Assembly: GCA_963729625.1 (NCBI GenBank)
Contig: CAVSOU010000011.1
Span: 608,001 to 672,000 of the forward strand
Direction of reading: 5' to 3'
Origin: an uncultured bacterium
GTDB lineage: Bacteria; Chloroflexota; UBA5177; JANWHV01
DNA: 64,000 bases
Shown: positions 48,302-57,692 of the stretch, in pieces
How positions within the stretch are numbered: position 1 is the stretch's first letter
Layout: each line of letters starts with the position of its first letter
Translations under genes and position numbers: made by a program
The notes under the pieces: model-generated
What the model was told of the DNA's origin: nothing
Database searches by the model: none
Seen by the model: only the letters and a program-made list of their open reading frames with translations

Positions 48302-49150
48302 GTGGATGTCAGCAAGGTGGGTCACACCGCGATTACGTGGCCCTTCACGGCCGACGGGGCGCACCAGGCAATGCAGGACCTTGGTGCCCTCGGCTATCGC
48401 GGCATCGAGCTGTTTGGCTTCGTCATGGACGTCTATCCCGGAGGTGTCGAGGGCCTGCGTACTCACCTGGCGGAGCACGGCCTGCAACTGGCGGCGGCCT
48501 ATTGTTCCGCCAGGCTTATCGATCCGGACACGCGGGCCGAGGACGTGGAGAAGATGACAGGCTGGGCGAGAAACGTGAGCAGCCTGGGCGGAAGCGTAAT
48601 AGTAGTTGGCGCCGATTCGAGCGAGAAGCCTGCCTATGAGCGCAACGAGTATGCCGGGCTCTGCAGGACGCTAAACGAAATTGGTTTGCGCTGTGCCGAT
48701 CTCGGGGTGACGGCGTGCTTCCACCCGCACACCGGCACGCCTGTTGAGACACGTGAACAGATCGATCTCGTGATGACGGGCGTCGACCCACGGGTTGTGT
48801 CTATGGCGCCCGATACCGGACAGATCGCCAAGGGCGGGAGCGATCCAGTGGAGGTGGTACGCACCTACCGAGAGCTAGTCGGCCACATGCACTTGAAGGA
48901 CTACGTGGGTGGCGAGAGCGTCCTCGATGCAGGCGGCAATCTGGTCGATCGAACGGGCTATCTCGATTACGTGCCGCTTGGAGATGGGGTTGTAGATCTG
49001 CCGGCCATCGTGCAGACACTGGAGACCGCCGGGTTTGCTGGCTGGTGGATGGTCGAGCTGGACGGTACCCCGCAAGCACCGCGCTCTGCCATGGAGGCAG
49101 CATCGTTGAGCAAGCGCTACCTGGAACGGCTAACCGCCGCGGCGCAGTGA
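48302..49150 (+). CDS. Sugar phosphate isomerase/epimerase (IolE-like)
   Basis: AITW, FHPHTGT, DTGQ, HLKD, VPLGDGVVD, MVELD. Confidence 0.88.
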   Translation: MDVSKVGHTAITWPFTADGAHQAMQDLGALGYRGIELFGFVMDVYPGGVEGLRTHLAEHGLQLAAAYCSARLIDPDTRAEDVEKMTGWARNVSSLGGSVIVVGADSSEKPAYERNEYAGLCRTLNEIGLRCADLGVTACFHPHTGTPVETREQIDLVMTGVDPRVVSMAPDTGQIAKGGSDPVEVVRTYRELVGHMHLKDYVGGESVLDAGGNLVDRTGYLDYVPLGDGVVDLPAIVQTLETAGFAGWWMVELDGTPQAPRSAMEAASLSKRYLERLTAAAQ

Positions 49151-49237
49151 CGAGGAGCACTGAGTCGACGCCACGTGAAGAGGAGTGAACCGCCCCGGAG
49201 GTAGAGAGTCTGCCGAACCAGCGTGGGGGAGAGCGAG

Positions 49238-49993
49238 ATGAGACTGAGCAACAAGGTCGCCCTGGTGACGGGAGCAAGCCGCGGCATCGGCCGCGCTATC
49301 GCCCTGAGCTGCGCCAGGGAAGGCGCGGATGTAGTAGTCAACTATGTGAGCCGGTCGGAACAAGCCCGCGAGGTCGCGAACGAAATCGTAGCGATGGGCA
49401 GACGAGCCCTGGTCGTCCACGCAGATGTGGCCGATCGGCCGGCTGTCGAAGCCATGGTCGAGCAGGCGTGGCGCGAACTCGGGCCAGTCGACGTACTCAT
49501 CAACAATGCTGGTATCGAGACGATCGTACCGCTCGTAGAGCTCACAGACGAACAGTGGGATCGCGTGACCTCGGTGAATCTAAAGGGGAGCTGGCTTTGC
49601 GCGCAGGTGGTGGCCCGTCGCTGGATCGCCGCTCGCAGGGGTGGCGTGATGGTCAATCTGGGCTCTATCCAGGCGGGCCTAGCCATGCCTGGGCGCACGC
49701 ATTATGCGCCGACCAAACGCGGGGTCGAAGCGCTGACTCGTAACCTCGCCGCCGAGCTGGCTCCATATGGAATCCGTGTGAATTGCGTGCATCCCGGAGT
49801 TATTGAGACGGATATGACGCAGTGGGTGATCGGCAATCCAGAGATCTTGCCGGGTGTGCTTGACAAGATTCCGTTGCACCGCCAGGGCCAGCCCGATGAA
49901 GTAGCTCCGGCTGTGATCTTCCTCGCTTCGGACGAGGCAAGCTACATTACCGGCCAGTACCTTTACGTGGACGGGGGAATGCTGGTCGTCTAG
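49238..49993 (+). CDS. Short-chain dehydrogenase/reductase
   Basis: TGASRGIG, NNAG, YAPTK, VDGG. Confidence 0.92.
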   Translation: MRLSNKVALVTGASRGIGRAIALSCAREGADVVVNYVSRSEQAREVANEIVAMGRRALVVHADVADRPAVEAMVEQAWRELGPVDVLINNAGIETIVPLVELTDEQWDRVTSVNLKGSWLCAQVVARRWIAARRGGVMVNLGSIQAGLAMPGRTHYAPTKRGVEALTRNLAAELAPYGIRVNCVHPGVIETDMTQWVIGNPEILPGVLDKIPLHRQGQPDEVAPAVIFLASDEASYITGQYLYVDGGMLVV

Positions 49994-50160
49994 GTACCGC
50001 GACCCGCACGGCACGATCCCGCCGGATACGTGCTTGCCACCGACGCCATCAGTGCCTGTGGTCCTGCAGGCGGCCGCAGAGAACGAGAGGCTGCGAGCTC
50101 ACTCCCGGATTTGGGGCGAGCAACATGCGTGGACCGTGCCAGAGGATCTGAGGAGAGACC

Positions 50161-51072
50161 ATGACAGGTGCGTCAAAGGTTCCGGCGCTGGATGACGCCG
50201 ACGTGCTGAGAGAAGCAAATCAAGACAGGAAGATCGCGCTGATGCAGTGCCTGGCTCAGCAGTTCCGGGTTGAGGTCCTGGATGTCTTGCACGAGCGGCA
50301 GACCGGCCACTGGGGCGGCGCTGCCTCCGCCGCGGAGCTGCTGGTGACGCTGTACTTCGCCGTGATGAACGTTCGCCCGGAGCAGCCTCAGTGGCCCGAT
50401 CGGGATAGGCTGATCGTGAGCAAGGGGCATGCATCCTGCATGATCTACACCGCTCTGGCGCATCGCGGGTACTTTCCGGTTTCCGAGCTGAACACGTTCC
50501 GGCAATTGAACAGTCGCCTCCAGGGGCATCCGTCGATGCATGCCACACCGGGTATCGATATGTCGACCGGCTCGTTGGGCCATGGTCTGTCGGTCACGCT
50601 CGGGATGGCCCTGGCGGCTAAGCTGCTGGGCAAGCACTACTGGAGCTACGCGCTGATCGGCGAAGGGGACCTCAACGAGGGTCAGACGTGGGAAGCGATC
50701 ATGGCCGCGGCCAAGTTCAGGCCTGAAAGGATGGTGGCGCTCATCGACTACAACAAAGTGCAACTGGACGGACCAAGCGATGAGATCATGCCGCTAGATC
50801 CATTGCCGGACAAGTTCCGCGCCTTCAATTGGAACGTGGCGCCCCAATCGTACGATGGGCATGATGTCCGTGCGATTCTCAATTCATTCGATTGGATTCG
50901 CGCTCAGTCCACCTGGCCGGTCGCCGTGATCTACAGCACCCACAAAGGCAAGGGCGTTTCCTTCATGGAAGATAGCGCTTACTGGCATGGATCCGTCGTC
51001 GACGATGACAGCTACGCGAGAGGGAGATCCGAGCTCCTGAGCACGCTCAGCACGTTGGAGGCCGTCCTGTGA
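50161..51072 (+). CDS. Transketolase, N-terminal (TPP-binding) subunit
   Basis: GHWGG, DRDRLIVSKGHA, LQGHP, TGSLGHG, GEGDLNEGQTWEA. Confidence 0.93.
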   Translation: MTGASKVPALDDADVLREANQDRKIALMQCLAQQFRVEVLDVLHERQTGHWGGAASAAELLVTLYFAVMNVRPEQPQWPDRDRLIVSKGHASCMIYTALAHRGYFPVSELNTFRQLNSRLQGHPSMHATPGIDMSTGSLGHGLSVTLGMALAAKLLGKHYWSYALIGEGDLNEGQTWEAIMAAAKFRPERMVALIDYNKVQLDGPSDEIMPLDPLPDKFRAFNWNVAPQSYDGHDVRAILNSFDWIRAQSTWPVAVIYSTHKGKGVSFMEDSAYWHGSVVDDDSYARGRSELLSTLSTLEAVL

Positions 51073-52004
51073 GCACTCAAGTTGCCATGCGCGATGCTTT
51101 CGGGGAGTCTCTTTTGGCGATGGCGTTGCGGTGTCCGGAGATGGTCGTGCTGGATGCCGATGTCGCGACAAGCACCCGCACGGCGGCATTTGGCCGGGCG
51201 TTCCCCGACCGATTCTTCAATGTGGGCGTGGCTGAAGCGAACATGATCGATATCGCGGCGGGTTTGGCGACGTGCGGTCTCAGGCCGATCGTGAGCACGT
51301 TCGCCATCTTCATCTCGCTCAAGGGCCTAGACCAGGTCCGCAACACGTTGTGCTACAACAAGTTGCCCGTCGTCCTGGCCGGTTGCTATGGCGGGTTGTC
51401 CGATTCCTACGACGGCGGAAGCCACCAAGCAATCCTCGATCTGGCGATCCTTCGGGCCATGCCGAATATGGTCGTCGTCGTGCCTGGAGACGCCGTCGAG
51501 GTGAGCCAGGCCTTGGCCGCAGCGTTGTTGCGCCAGGGTCCTACATACATACGGATATGCCGAAATCCGACGCCCGTCCTTTTCGAGGGCGAGGAGACCC
51601 TACAGATCGGCAAGATTCGCAAGATCCGGGACGGAAATGACCTCACGCTGGCAGTCTGCGGGATTGCCACCTCTATGGCGATGGAAGCTGCTGAGCGGCT
51701 TGCGCGCAGCAACGTTGCGGTCGACCTGCTCGAGATCTCAACGCTCAAACCGATTGATAGAGAAACCTTGATTCAATCCGCGCGGAAGACCGGGAAGGTC
51801 CTGACAGTGGAAGAGCATACGGTCTTCGGTGGCTTGCGAGGTGCCGTGGCGGAGGTGCTCAGCGAAGAATTCCCTGTAGCGATCGCTTCAATTGGCATCC
51901 AGGACTGCTTTGGTGAGTCGGGCGAGTACGGGGCTCTGCTGCGGAAGCACAACCTCTCCGCGGATCAGATTGAGGCGCGAGCCAAAGCGATAGTGGTGAA
52001 CTAG
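51069..52004 (+). CDS. Transketolase, C-terminal subunit
   Basis: GVAEANM, DGGSHQ, LKPID, VEEH; GTGA overlap with the N subunit. Confidence 0.93.
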   Translation: MSTQVAMRDAFGESLLAMALRCPEMVVLDADVATSTRTAAFGRAFPDRFFNVGVAEANMIDIAAGLATCGLRPIVSTFAIFISLKGLDQVRNTLCYNKLPVVLAGCYGGLSDSYDGGSHQAILDLAILRAMPNMVVVVPGDAVEVSQALAAALLRQGPTYIRICRNPTPVLFEGEETLQIGKIRKIRDGNDLTLAVCGIATSMAMEAAERLARSNVAVDLLEISTLKPIDRETLIQSARKTGKVLTVEEHTVFGGLRGAVAEVLSEEFPVAIASIGIQDCFGESGEYGALLRKHNLSADQIEARAKAIVVN

Positions 52005-52041
52005 AGCCACAACCCTGCCTGGCACGGAAGGCGAGATCGGC

Positions 52042-53109
52042 ATGACACAAGCGGGACGGCGCACTCGGGTGGCGATACTGACCGATGTGCAGACGTTTCA
52101 CGTCGAGGATGTCGACTTGCAGTATCCAGAGGGGGACCAGGTATGCGTCGCCGTTGAGGCGTGCGGGATCTGCGGCTCCGATCTCCATATGTATCTAGGG
52201 CACCACCCCGTTCTACGGCCTCCGCTTATCATGGGCCATGAGTTCGTGGGGCATGTGGTAGAGACCGGCACGTCCGTGACGAGCCTCGCCGACGGCGATC
52301 GGGTGGTTGCTATCGCGGGCCGCGGCTGCGGTGCCTGCCGTGCCTGCAGAAGCGGTCACTTCAACCGGTGCCCACGTTTGCAAACCGTGGGAGGCCAGAT
52401 ACCCGGTGGCCTCAGCGAGCGCGTCGTGCTGCCGGCCGATCAGTTCGTGCGGGTGTCAGAGAGTCTGTCCGTGGCGACGGCAGCCCTGATCGAGGTCGCG
52501 GCGGTCGCGATACATACCGTCGGTCGCTGCGGACCGGTCAACGGACAGTCGTGCTTGATCCTAGGCGCCGGGCCCATCGGACTCGTGCTCACACGCGTGG
52601 TGAAGGCTCTGGGCGCGTACCCTGTTGCCGTAAGCGACGTCAGCGCAGTGCGGCGCGACCTAGCGACTAGTTCGGATGCCGACATGGTATTTGACGGGAG
52701 CGATGCCGCGGCAGAGGCAACGGTCATCAACACGTTCCCCGACGGCTTCGACATCGCCTATGAATGTGTTGGACGACAGGATACACTGTTGCAGGCCCTG
52801 CGGCTGACTCGGCGGGGCGGGACGGTAGGCCTGGCCGGGATTTTCCCGGGAGACTGTGTCGTGCCGATGCTCCAGCTCCAGCGTGGAGAGCGCTCGTTGC
52901 TCGGCGTCCAGATGTATGACCGGGCGGACTTCGATACGGTGATCCATATGCTCGCCGAGGGTGCGCTTAGCCTGGACGGCATCGTCACACATGAATACCC
53001 ACTCGATAGAGTCAGCGAGGCGTTTGCGCTGTTGATTGCTCCCCGTCCAACTACTGGCAAGATCTTGGTGCGCTTGGCGTCCGCGGCGTCTCAGGAGACA
53101 CAATCGTGA
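52042..53109 (+). CDS. Zn-dependent (sorbitol/threonine dehydrogenase-like) oxidoreductase
   Basis: CGICGSD, GHEF, CGACRAC..C, GAGPIG. Confidence 0.9.
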   Translation: MTQAGRRTRVAILTDVQTFHVEDVDLQYPEGDQVCVAVEACGICGSDLHMYLGHHPVLRPPLIMGHEFVGHVVETGTSVTSLADGDRVVAIAGRGCGACRACRSGHFNRCPRLQTVGGQIPGGLSERVVLPADQFVRVSESLSVATAALIEVAAVAIHTVGRCGPVNGQSCLILGAGPIGLVLTRVVKALGAYPVAVSDVSAVRRDLATSSDADMVFDGSDAAAEATVINTFPDGFDIAYECVGRQDTLLQALRLTRRGGTVGLAGIFPGDCVVPMLQLQRGERSLLGVQMYDRADFDTVIHMLAEGALSLDGIVTHEYPLDRVSEAFALLIAPRPTTGKILVRLASAASQETQS

Positions 53110-53128
53110 TGGGTGACGAGAGAGAAGG

Positions 53129-53920
53129 GTGTTACGGGTGCAAACTGCAGATGATAGTGTGGGTTTGGCAGGCAAAGTAGCGATTGTCACCGGGGCCGCA
53201 AGCGGCATCGGCGAGGCCATCGCCACCGACCTGGCCATCAACGGCGTGCAGGTCGTGCTGGCCGACGTCGATCGTGCCGCAGGCGATTCCGTCGCGGCAA
53301 GGTTGGCCGGCGCGCGGTTCGTCGCCGCCAATATCGGCGATCGCCGCGATTGCTATGATCTGGTCACCCGCACCGTCGACCTACTGGGCCGGATCGATAT
53401 CCTGGTGAACAATGCTGGCATGCAGAAGGTAGCGCGCATCGAGGAATTCGACGATGCCGATTGGGACCGCATGCTAGCCGTGATGCTCACAGGCGCGTTC
53501 ACTCTCATCAAGGCAGCGATCCCGCACATGTACGCGACCGGGTCGGGTCGTATCGTCAACATTGCGTCTGCGCTCGGACTGCGCGGTGCGCCGTTCAAGC
53601 CGGCCTATACGGCGGCCAAGCACGGTCTCGTAGGTCTGACGCGGAGCGTTGCTCTAGAGTCCACGAGCCGCGGCGTCACTTGCAACGCGGTGTGCCCAGG
53701 CTGGGTGCGCACGCCGCTGGTGGACCGTCAGCTGGCGGACCAGTCGCGCGTCAAAAACATCCCTGTCGATCAAGTGCAGGCTGGACTGCTGGAGCCCGGG
53801 GTGCCGAGGATGCTGGAGCCATCTGAGGTAGCGGCAGTTGTCACGTTCCTGTGCAGTGAGCGGGCTTCCGCCATCAGCGGTGCGGCCATCGGCACTGACC
53901 TTGGCTGGAGCGCGCAGTAG
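53129..53920 (+). CDS. Short-chain dehydrogenase (3-hydroxybutyrate dehydrogenase-like)
   Basis: TGAASGIG, NNAGMQKVARIEEF, YTAAKHG, CPGWVRTPLV. Confidence 0.88.
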   Translation: MLRVQTADDSVGLAGKVAIVTGAASGIGEAIATDLAINGVQVVLADVDRAAGDSVAARLAGARFVAANIGDRRDCYDLVTRTVDLLGRIDILVNNAGMQKVARIEEFDDADWDRMLAVMLTGAFTLIKAAIPHMYATGSGRIVNIASALGLRGAPFKPAYTAAKHGLVGLTRSVALESTSRGVTCNAVCPGWVRTPLVDRQLADQSRVKNIPVDQVQAGLLEPGVPRMLEPSEVAAVVTFLCSERASAISGAAIGTDLGWSAQ

Positions 53921-54107
53921 GTCAGACGTGCATTCTGCGCTTACCCGAGCGTTGACGTTAGGGGCAGAGATCTCGTGCCATTTCAGCGACCTATGCGGAT
54001 GCGGACTGGAACCAAATTGAAGAGGCTGAGGAGTTCATCGAAGCCTCCCAACGCCAGTTCGCCCGGGCGAGCCCATACCGGCACGACCTGAGCAGGCGAC
54101 CACGAGT

Positions 54108-56246
54108 TTGCCGTTTGAGAGGAGAGTAAGGTTGGAGCGCGGGGTCTACTTCGACGGGTGGTTCCATCGACAGCATTGCTATCATCCCAGTTTGCCGGCG
54201 CGTCGGCTGCGCATGCTCGACGATCTTGACGCCTACCACGCCACCGTGCTGGTCTGGTCGGCACTGGGTGGCGGTTCGCTTGCGTTGCCCTACCTCGAGC
54301 AGGAGGCCTGGGGCCCGATCGAGCCACGCTTCCGCTTTTACGGCTTCGTAAACGACGCTGAGTTCATTCAGGAGTGCCGGAAGCGCGGCATAAAGACGTT
54401 CGGCATCGTCTTCGAGGCGCAGGGTTGGGAGTTTCCTGCCGTGCTGAGCGATGCAGAAGATCGCATTCTGGCGCTGAATGAGTCGCGAGGTGAGGGTAAG
54501 CCGGTCAGCCTCGGACTGCGCGAGTTCTCCCAAAATCGCTACCCAAAACTGTGGGCCCCCTTCGAGAGATACTTTCCAGACGGAATCCTTAATAGCGACG
54601 GCGAGAAGGTTACCGATCTGCTGGAAGAAGCCTGCTCGCGCGACATCCATGGTTTGCCCTGTCACGCGCGTTGGGTCGAGGTTCCAGACCGCGAGAGCTA
54701 CGCCTATATGATGGACCGCAATAACCCGGTATGGCGCGAATATCTCAAGGCGGTTATCCGGATACAGATCGATGCCGGAGTCGACGGCGTTCAGCTGGAC
54801 GAGGCCGAATTGCCGATTACCGCCCTGCAATATGGCGGCTGTTTCTGCAAGGACTGCATGAAGGGCTTCCGGGCATACTTGCGTGGGCTGCCCCTTGAGC
54901 AGCGCCCCGCGGAGCTGGAGGGCGTGGATCTAGCCACCTTCCATTACGGAAGATGGCTACTGGAACGCGGCTACGACTTCATGGCCGAGCGTGATACGAC
55001 GCCGCTGTTCTGGGACTACCTGCGTTTTCAGCGCGCGGCCATCGCCCGCTACTTCGGAGAGTTGGCTGACTACGTGCACGAGTACGCCGCGGGCAAAGGC
55101 CGAACGGCGCTGGTGTCGGGCAACTTCTTCAACCTGTTCGACCACTACTACCCGCTGGAGCCGAAGGTCGACCTCATCATTACCGAGATGCGCAACACGG
55201 CTTACCGCCAGCCGGCCTGGTACCGTTATCTGGCCGGCTTTGCCGGGTCCAAGCCGGTGATAGTCGCAGAGAACCCGTACGGTGGCGTGGTGCCAGAGTT
55301 GGCCGACAAGCTCAAGATTGGTCGGGGCTACGACCTGTTTCGCCTCATGCTCTTCGAAGCTGCGGCGCTCGGCGGCGCCAACATGAGCGTGCCATACGGC
55401 GCCTGGATGGGAGGCGTTATCGAGGACGCGCTTTACCCACCGCACGACCTGTGCGTTGAAATCCAGCGCTTCCTGGCCAATCACGACCGGCTCTATAGCT
55501 GGCGCACGTATGCGGACACCGCCGTCGTCTTCAGTGTCGAAAGCATGTTCCAGCATGTGGCGCGCCGGGATCTCCTGTCCGATGTTCGTTGGAACCAATC
55601 AAGCAACACGCGTGTGCCGTTCTGGATGGTCTGCGAAGCGTTGAGCGATGCGGCACAACCCTACGACGTGGTCTTCTTTCCCGATGGCACGCTACGCCTC
55701 GATTCTCTGTCCGCGGAGGATCTTGGCCAATATCGCACGCTTATCCTGCCTGAGTGCCGGTATCTGACCCCGCGCCAGGCAGAGCTGCTCCAGGCACATC
55801 TTGCCAGCGGCGGCAGGCTTCTGGTGCTGGGCGAGATGGGGAGCAATCTGCCAGCCAGCACACGGACAGCTATCCTAGGCCACAGCCGGGTAACTACGGC
55901 TCCCACCGACGACTTCCAGGTGCCCCACCTCGCGGACAGTCCGCAGGTGCGCTTCTCCAACTCAGCCCGCGTCGCCGTCAACGTCCAGCGCATTGAAAGT
56001 GGCGCTGCGGTACACCTCATCCGGTACGACTACGACGAGTCGAGCGACACCGTGCCCGTCCTGGCTGAGCTGAGTCTTGAATTGCGCCTGGCCGAACGGT
56101 TCGGCTCAGTATCAGCCTGCAGCCCGTCTTGCGTGTCGTCGGTATCCCTAGAGGTTTCAGGGCAGGTGCATCGCTTGACCCTGCATGACGTGCCACTCTA
56201 TTGCATTGTCGTGCTAACTAACACGGAGGCTCAAGTCACAGCGTGA
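54108..56246 (+). CDS. Uncharacterised glycoside-hydrolase-like protein (barrel plus GATase-like C-terminal domain)
   Basis: 712 aa; GVDGVQLDE, CFCKDC, QPYDVV, YRTLILP..YL, GGRLLV; start uncertain. Confidence 0.6.
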   Translation: MPFERRVRLERGVYFDGWFHRQHCYHPSLPARRLRMLDDLDAYHATVLVWSALGGGSLALPYLEQEAWGPIEPRFRFYGFVNDAEFIQECRKRGIKTFGIVFEAQGWEFPAVLSDAEDRILALNESRGEGKPVSLGLREFSQNRYPKLWAPFERYFPDGILNSDGEKVTDLLEEACSRDIHGLPCHARWVEVPDRESYAYMMDRNNPVWREYLKAVIRIQIDAGVDGVQLDEAELPITALQYGGCFCKDCMKGFRAYLRGLPLEQRPAELEGVDLATFHYGRWLLERGYDFMAERDTTPLFWDYLRFQRAAIARYFGELADYVHEYAAGKGRTALVSGNFFNLFDHYYPLEPKVDLIITEMRNTAYRQPAWYRYLAGFAGSKPVIVAENPYGGVVPELADKLKIGRGYDLFRLMLFEAAALGGANMSVPYGAWMGGVIEDALYPPHDLCVEIQRFLANHDRLYSWRTYADTAVVFSVESMFQHVARRDLLSDVRWNQSSNTRVPFWMVCEALSDAAQPYDVVFFPDGTLRLDSLSAEDLGQYRTLILPECRYLTPRQAELLQAHLASGGRLLVLGEMGSNLPASTRTAILGHSRVTTAPTDDFQVPHLADSPQVRFSNSARVAVNVQRIESGAAVHLIRYDYDESSDTVPVLAELSLELRLAERFGSVSACSPSCVSSVSLEVSGQVHRLTLHDVPLYCIVVLTNTEAQVTA

Positions 56247-56511
56247 ACACGTTTTGGAAAGGGACGCCGTGCTGCTGGCAAACCTGTTTGGGCCAACAGG
56301 ATTGAAGCAAAGCAGGGACGAGGCGCGACATACGCCGCTCCGGAGCGTGAACTCATCCCGGCGTGCGAACGGTGCCGCCTGGGACTGATTCCGCAGAGCC
56401 CACCCGCAGGTGGCACGCTGGATGGCGCCCTGCGGAAGGCAACGGAAGGCCGCGAGCACGTGCGGCATCCGACTAGGTCTTCCTGTCCTCAGAAAGGTCC
56501 ATCAGGAATAG

Positions 56512-57573
56512 TCAAGGCGACATCGTCAGTATGCTGCCGTCAGCGTCGAAGTGCAGCTCCTGGTATTTGATGCAGCGCAGATTGTCCTCGTGCGACAAGG
56601 AGGCGTCGTGGTAGAACAAGTACCATTTCCCCCGAAACTCGACAATAGAACCCTGCGTCGTCCAGCCGATCACGGGCTCTAGTATGCGGCCGCGATAAGT
56701 GAACGGCCCAAGCGGGCTTTTCCCGGTTGCATAGACCAGGTAGTGAGTATCGCCGGTCGAATACGAAAGGTAATAGGTCCCTCGATATTTATGCATCCAG
56801 GAAGCCTCGAAGAAGCGCTTGTCCGTTTGCCGGGCTTCCAGGGGCTGCCCGTCCTCGTCCAGGATGGCCGCCTCCCCGATCGGGCCATCGAACCCAAGCA
56901 TGTCGGGCGAGAGCCGGACGACGCGGGGCGAGAGCGCCTTGGCCTGGCCCGACGGCACCGCGCCGTTCGCGTCATACGTCCCCGTCTGCCACCGTTCGAG
57001 CTGTCCGCCGAACAGGCCGCCGAAGTACATATAGGCCGTGCCGTCGTCGTCCACAAATACTGCAGGATCGATACTGTAGCTGCCCTTAATGGGCCGGGTC
57101 TCGGGCGCAAACGGACCGGCCGGCGTTCTGGCAGTCGCCACGCCGATGCGGAAGACACCCTTCTTGTCATGCGCGGGGAAGTAGAAATAGTAGATGCCGT
57201 TCCTGAACGCCACGTCCGGCGCCCACATTTCATTGGACGCCCAGGGCACGTCCTTCACATTGAGCGCCACGCCGTCATCCTGGACGGGTGTCATGAAATG
57301 CGTCAGGGTGAGCACGTGGTAGTCCTTCATATCGTACTGGCTGCCGTACATATCGGGAGGGACAGTCGTCGGGATGTCATGAGATCCATAGATGAAGATT
57401 TTGCCCTCGAAGACGTGGGCTGAGGGATCAGCGGTGTAGAGCGTGGTAATGAGAGGCTGGCGTTCGGCCAGCAGCGGCTTCGCCGGCTCCGACTCTTGGC
57501 AGGCGGATAAGGTGAACGCCACTGGGAGAAGAGGGAAGAAAGCCATGCGATACATGCGCCGGCATCGATCCAA
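56512..57573 (-). CDS. Glycoside hydrolase family 43 (xylosidase/arabinosidase) with lipobox-like signal
   Basis: YTADPSAHVF, MWAPD, SIDPAVF, FFEA, YSTGDTH; LSAC. Confidence 0.93.
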   Translation of the reverse strand: MDRCRRMYRMAFFPLLPVAFTLSACQESEPAKPLLAERQPLITTLYTADPSAHVFEGKIFIYGSHDIPTTVPPDMYGSQYDMKDYHVLTLTHFMTPVQDDGVALNVKDVPWASNEMWAPDVAFRNGIYYFYFPAHDKKGVFRIGVATARTPAGPFAPETRPIKGSYSIDPAVFVDDDGTAYMYFGGLFGGQLERWQTGTYDANGAVPSGQAKALSPRVVRLSPDMLGFDGPIGEAAILDEDGQPLEARQTDKRFFEASWMHKYRGTYYLSYSTGDTHYLVYATGKSPLGPFTYRGRILEPVIGWTTQGSIVEFRGKWYLFYHDASLSHEDNLRCIKYQELHFDADGSILTMSP

Positions 57574-57692
57574 AGGAGACCCCTCTCCGGCAATATGACA
57601 CCTTATTCCCGCCGTTCGGCTGCCACTCGCTCTGCTTACGGAATGCGGGGCGGAATTGTGCCGAACTGAATCGCCCTCTCGCGGCGCTATCG

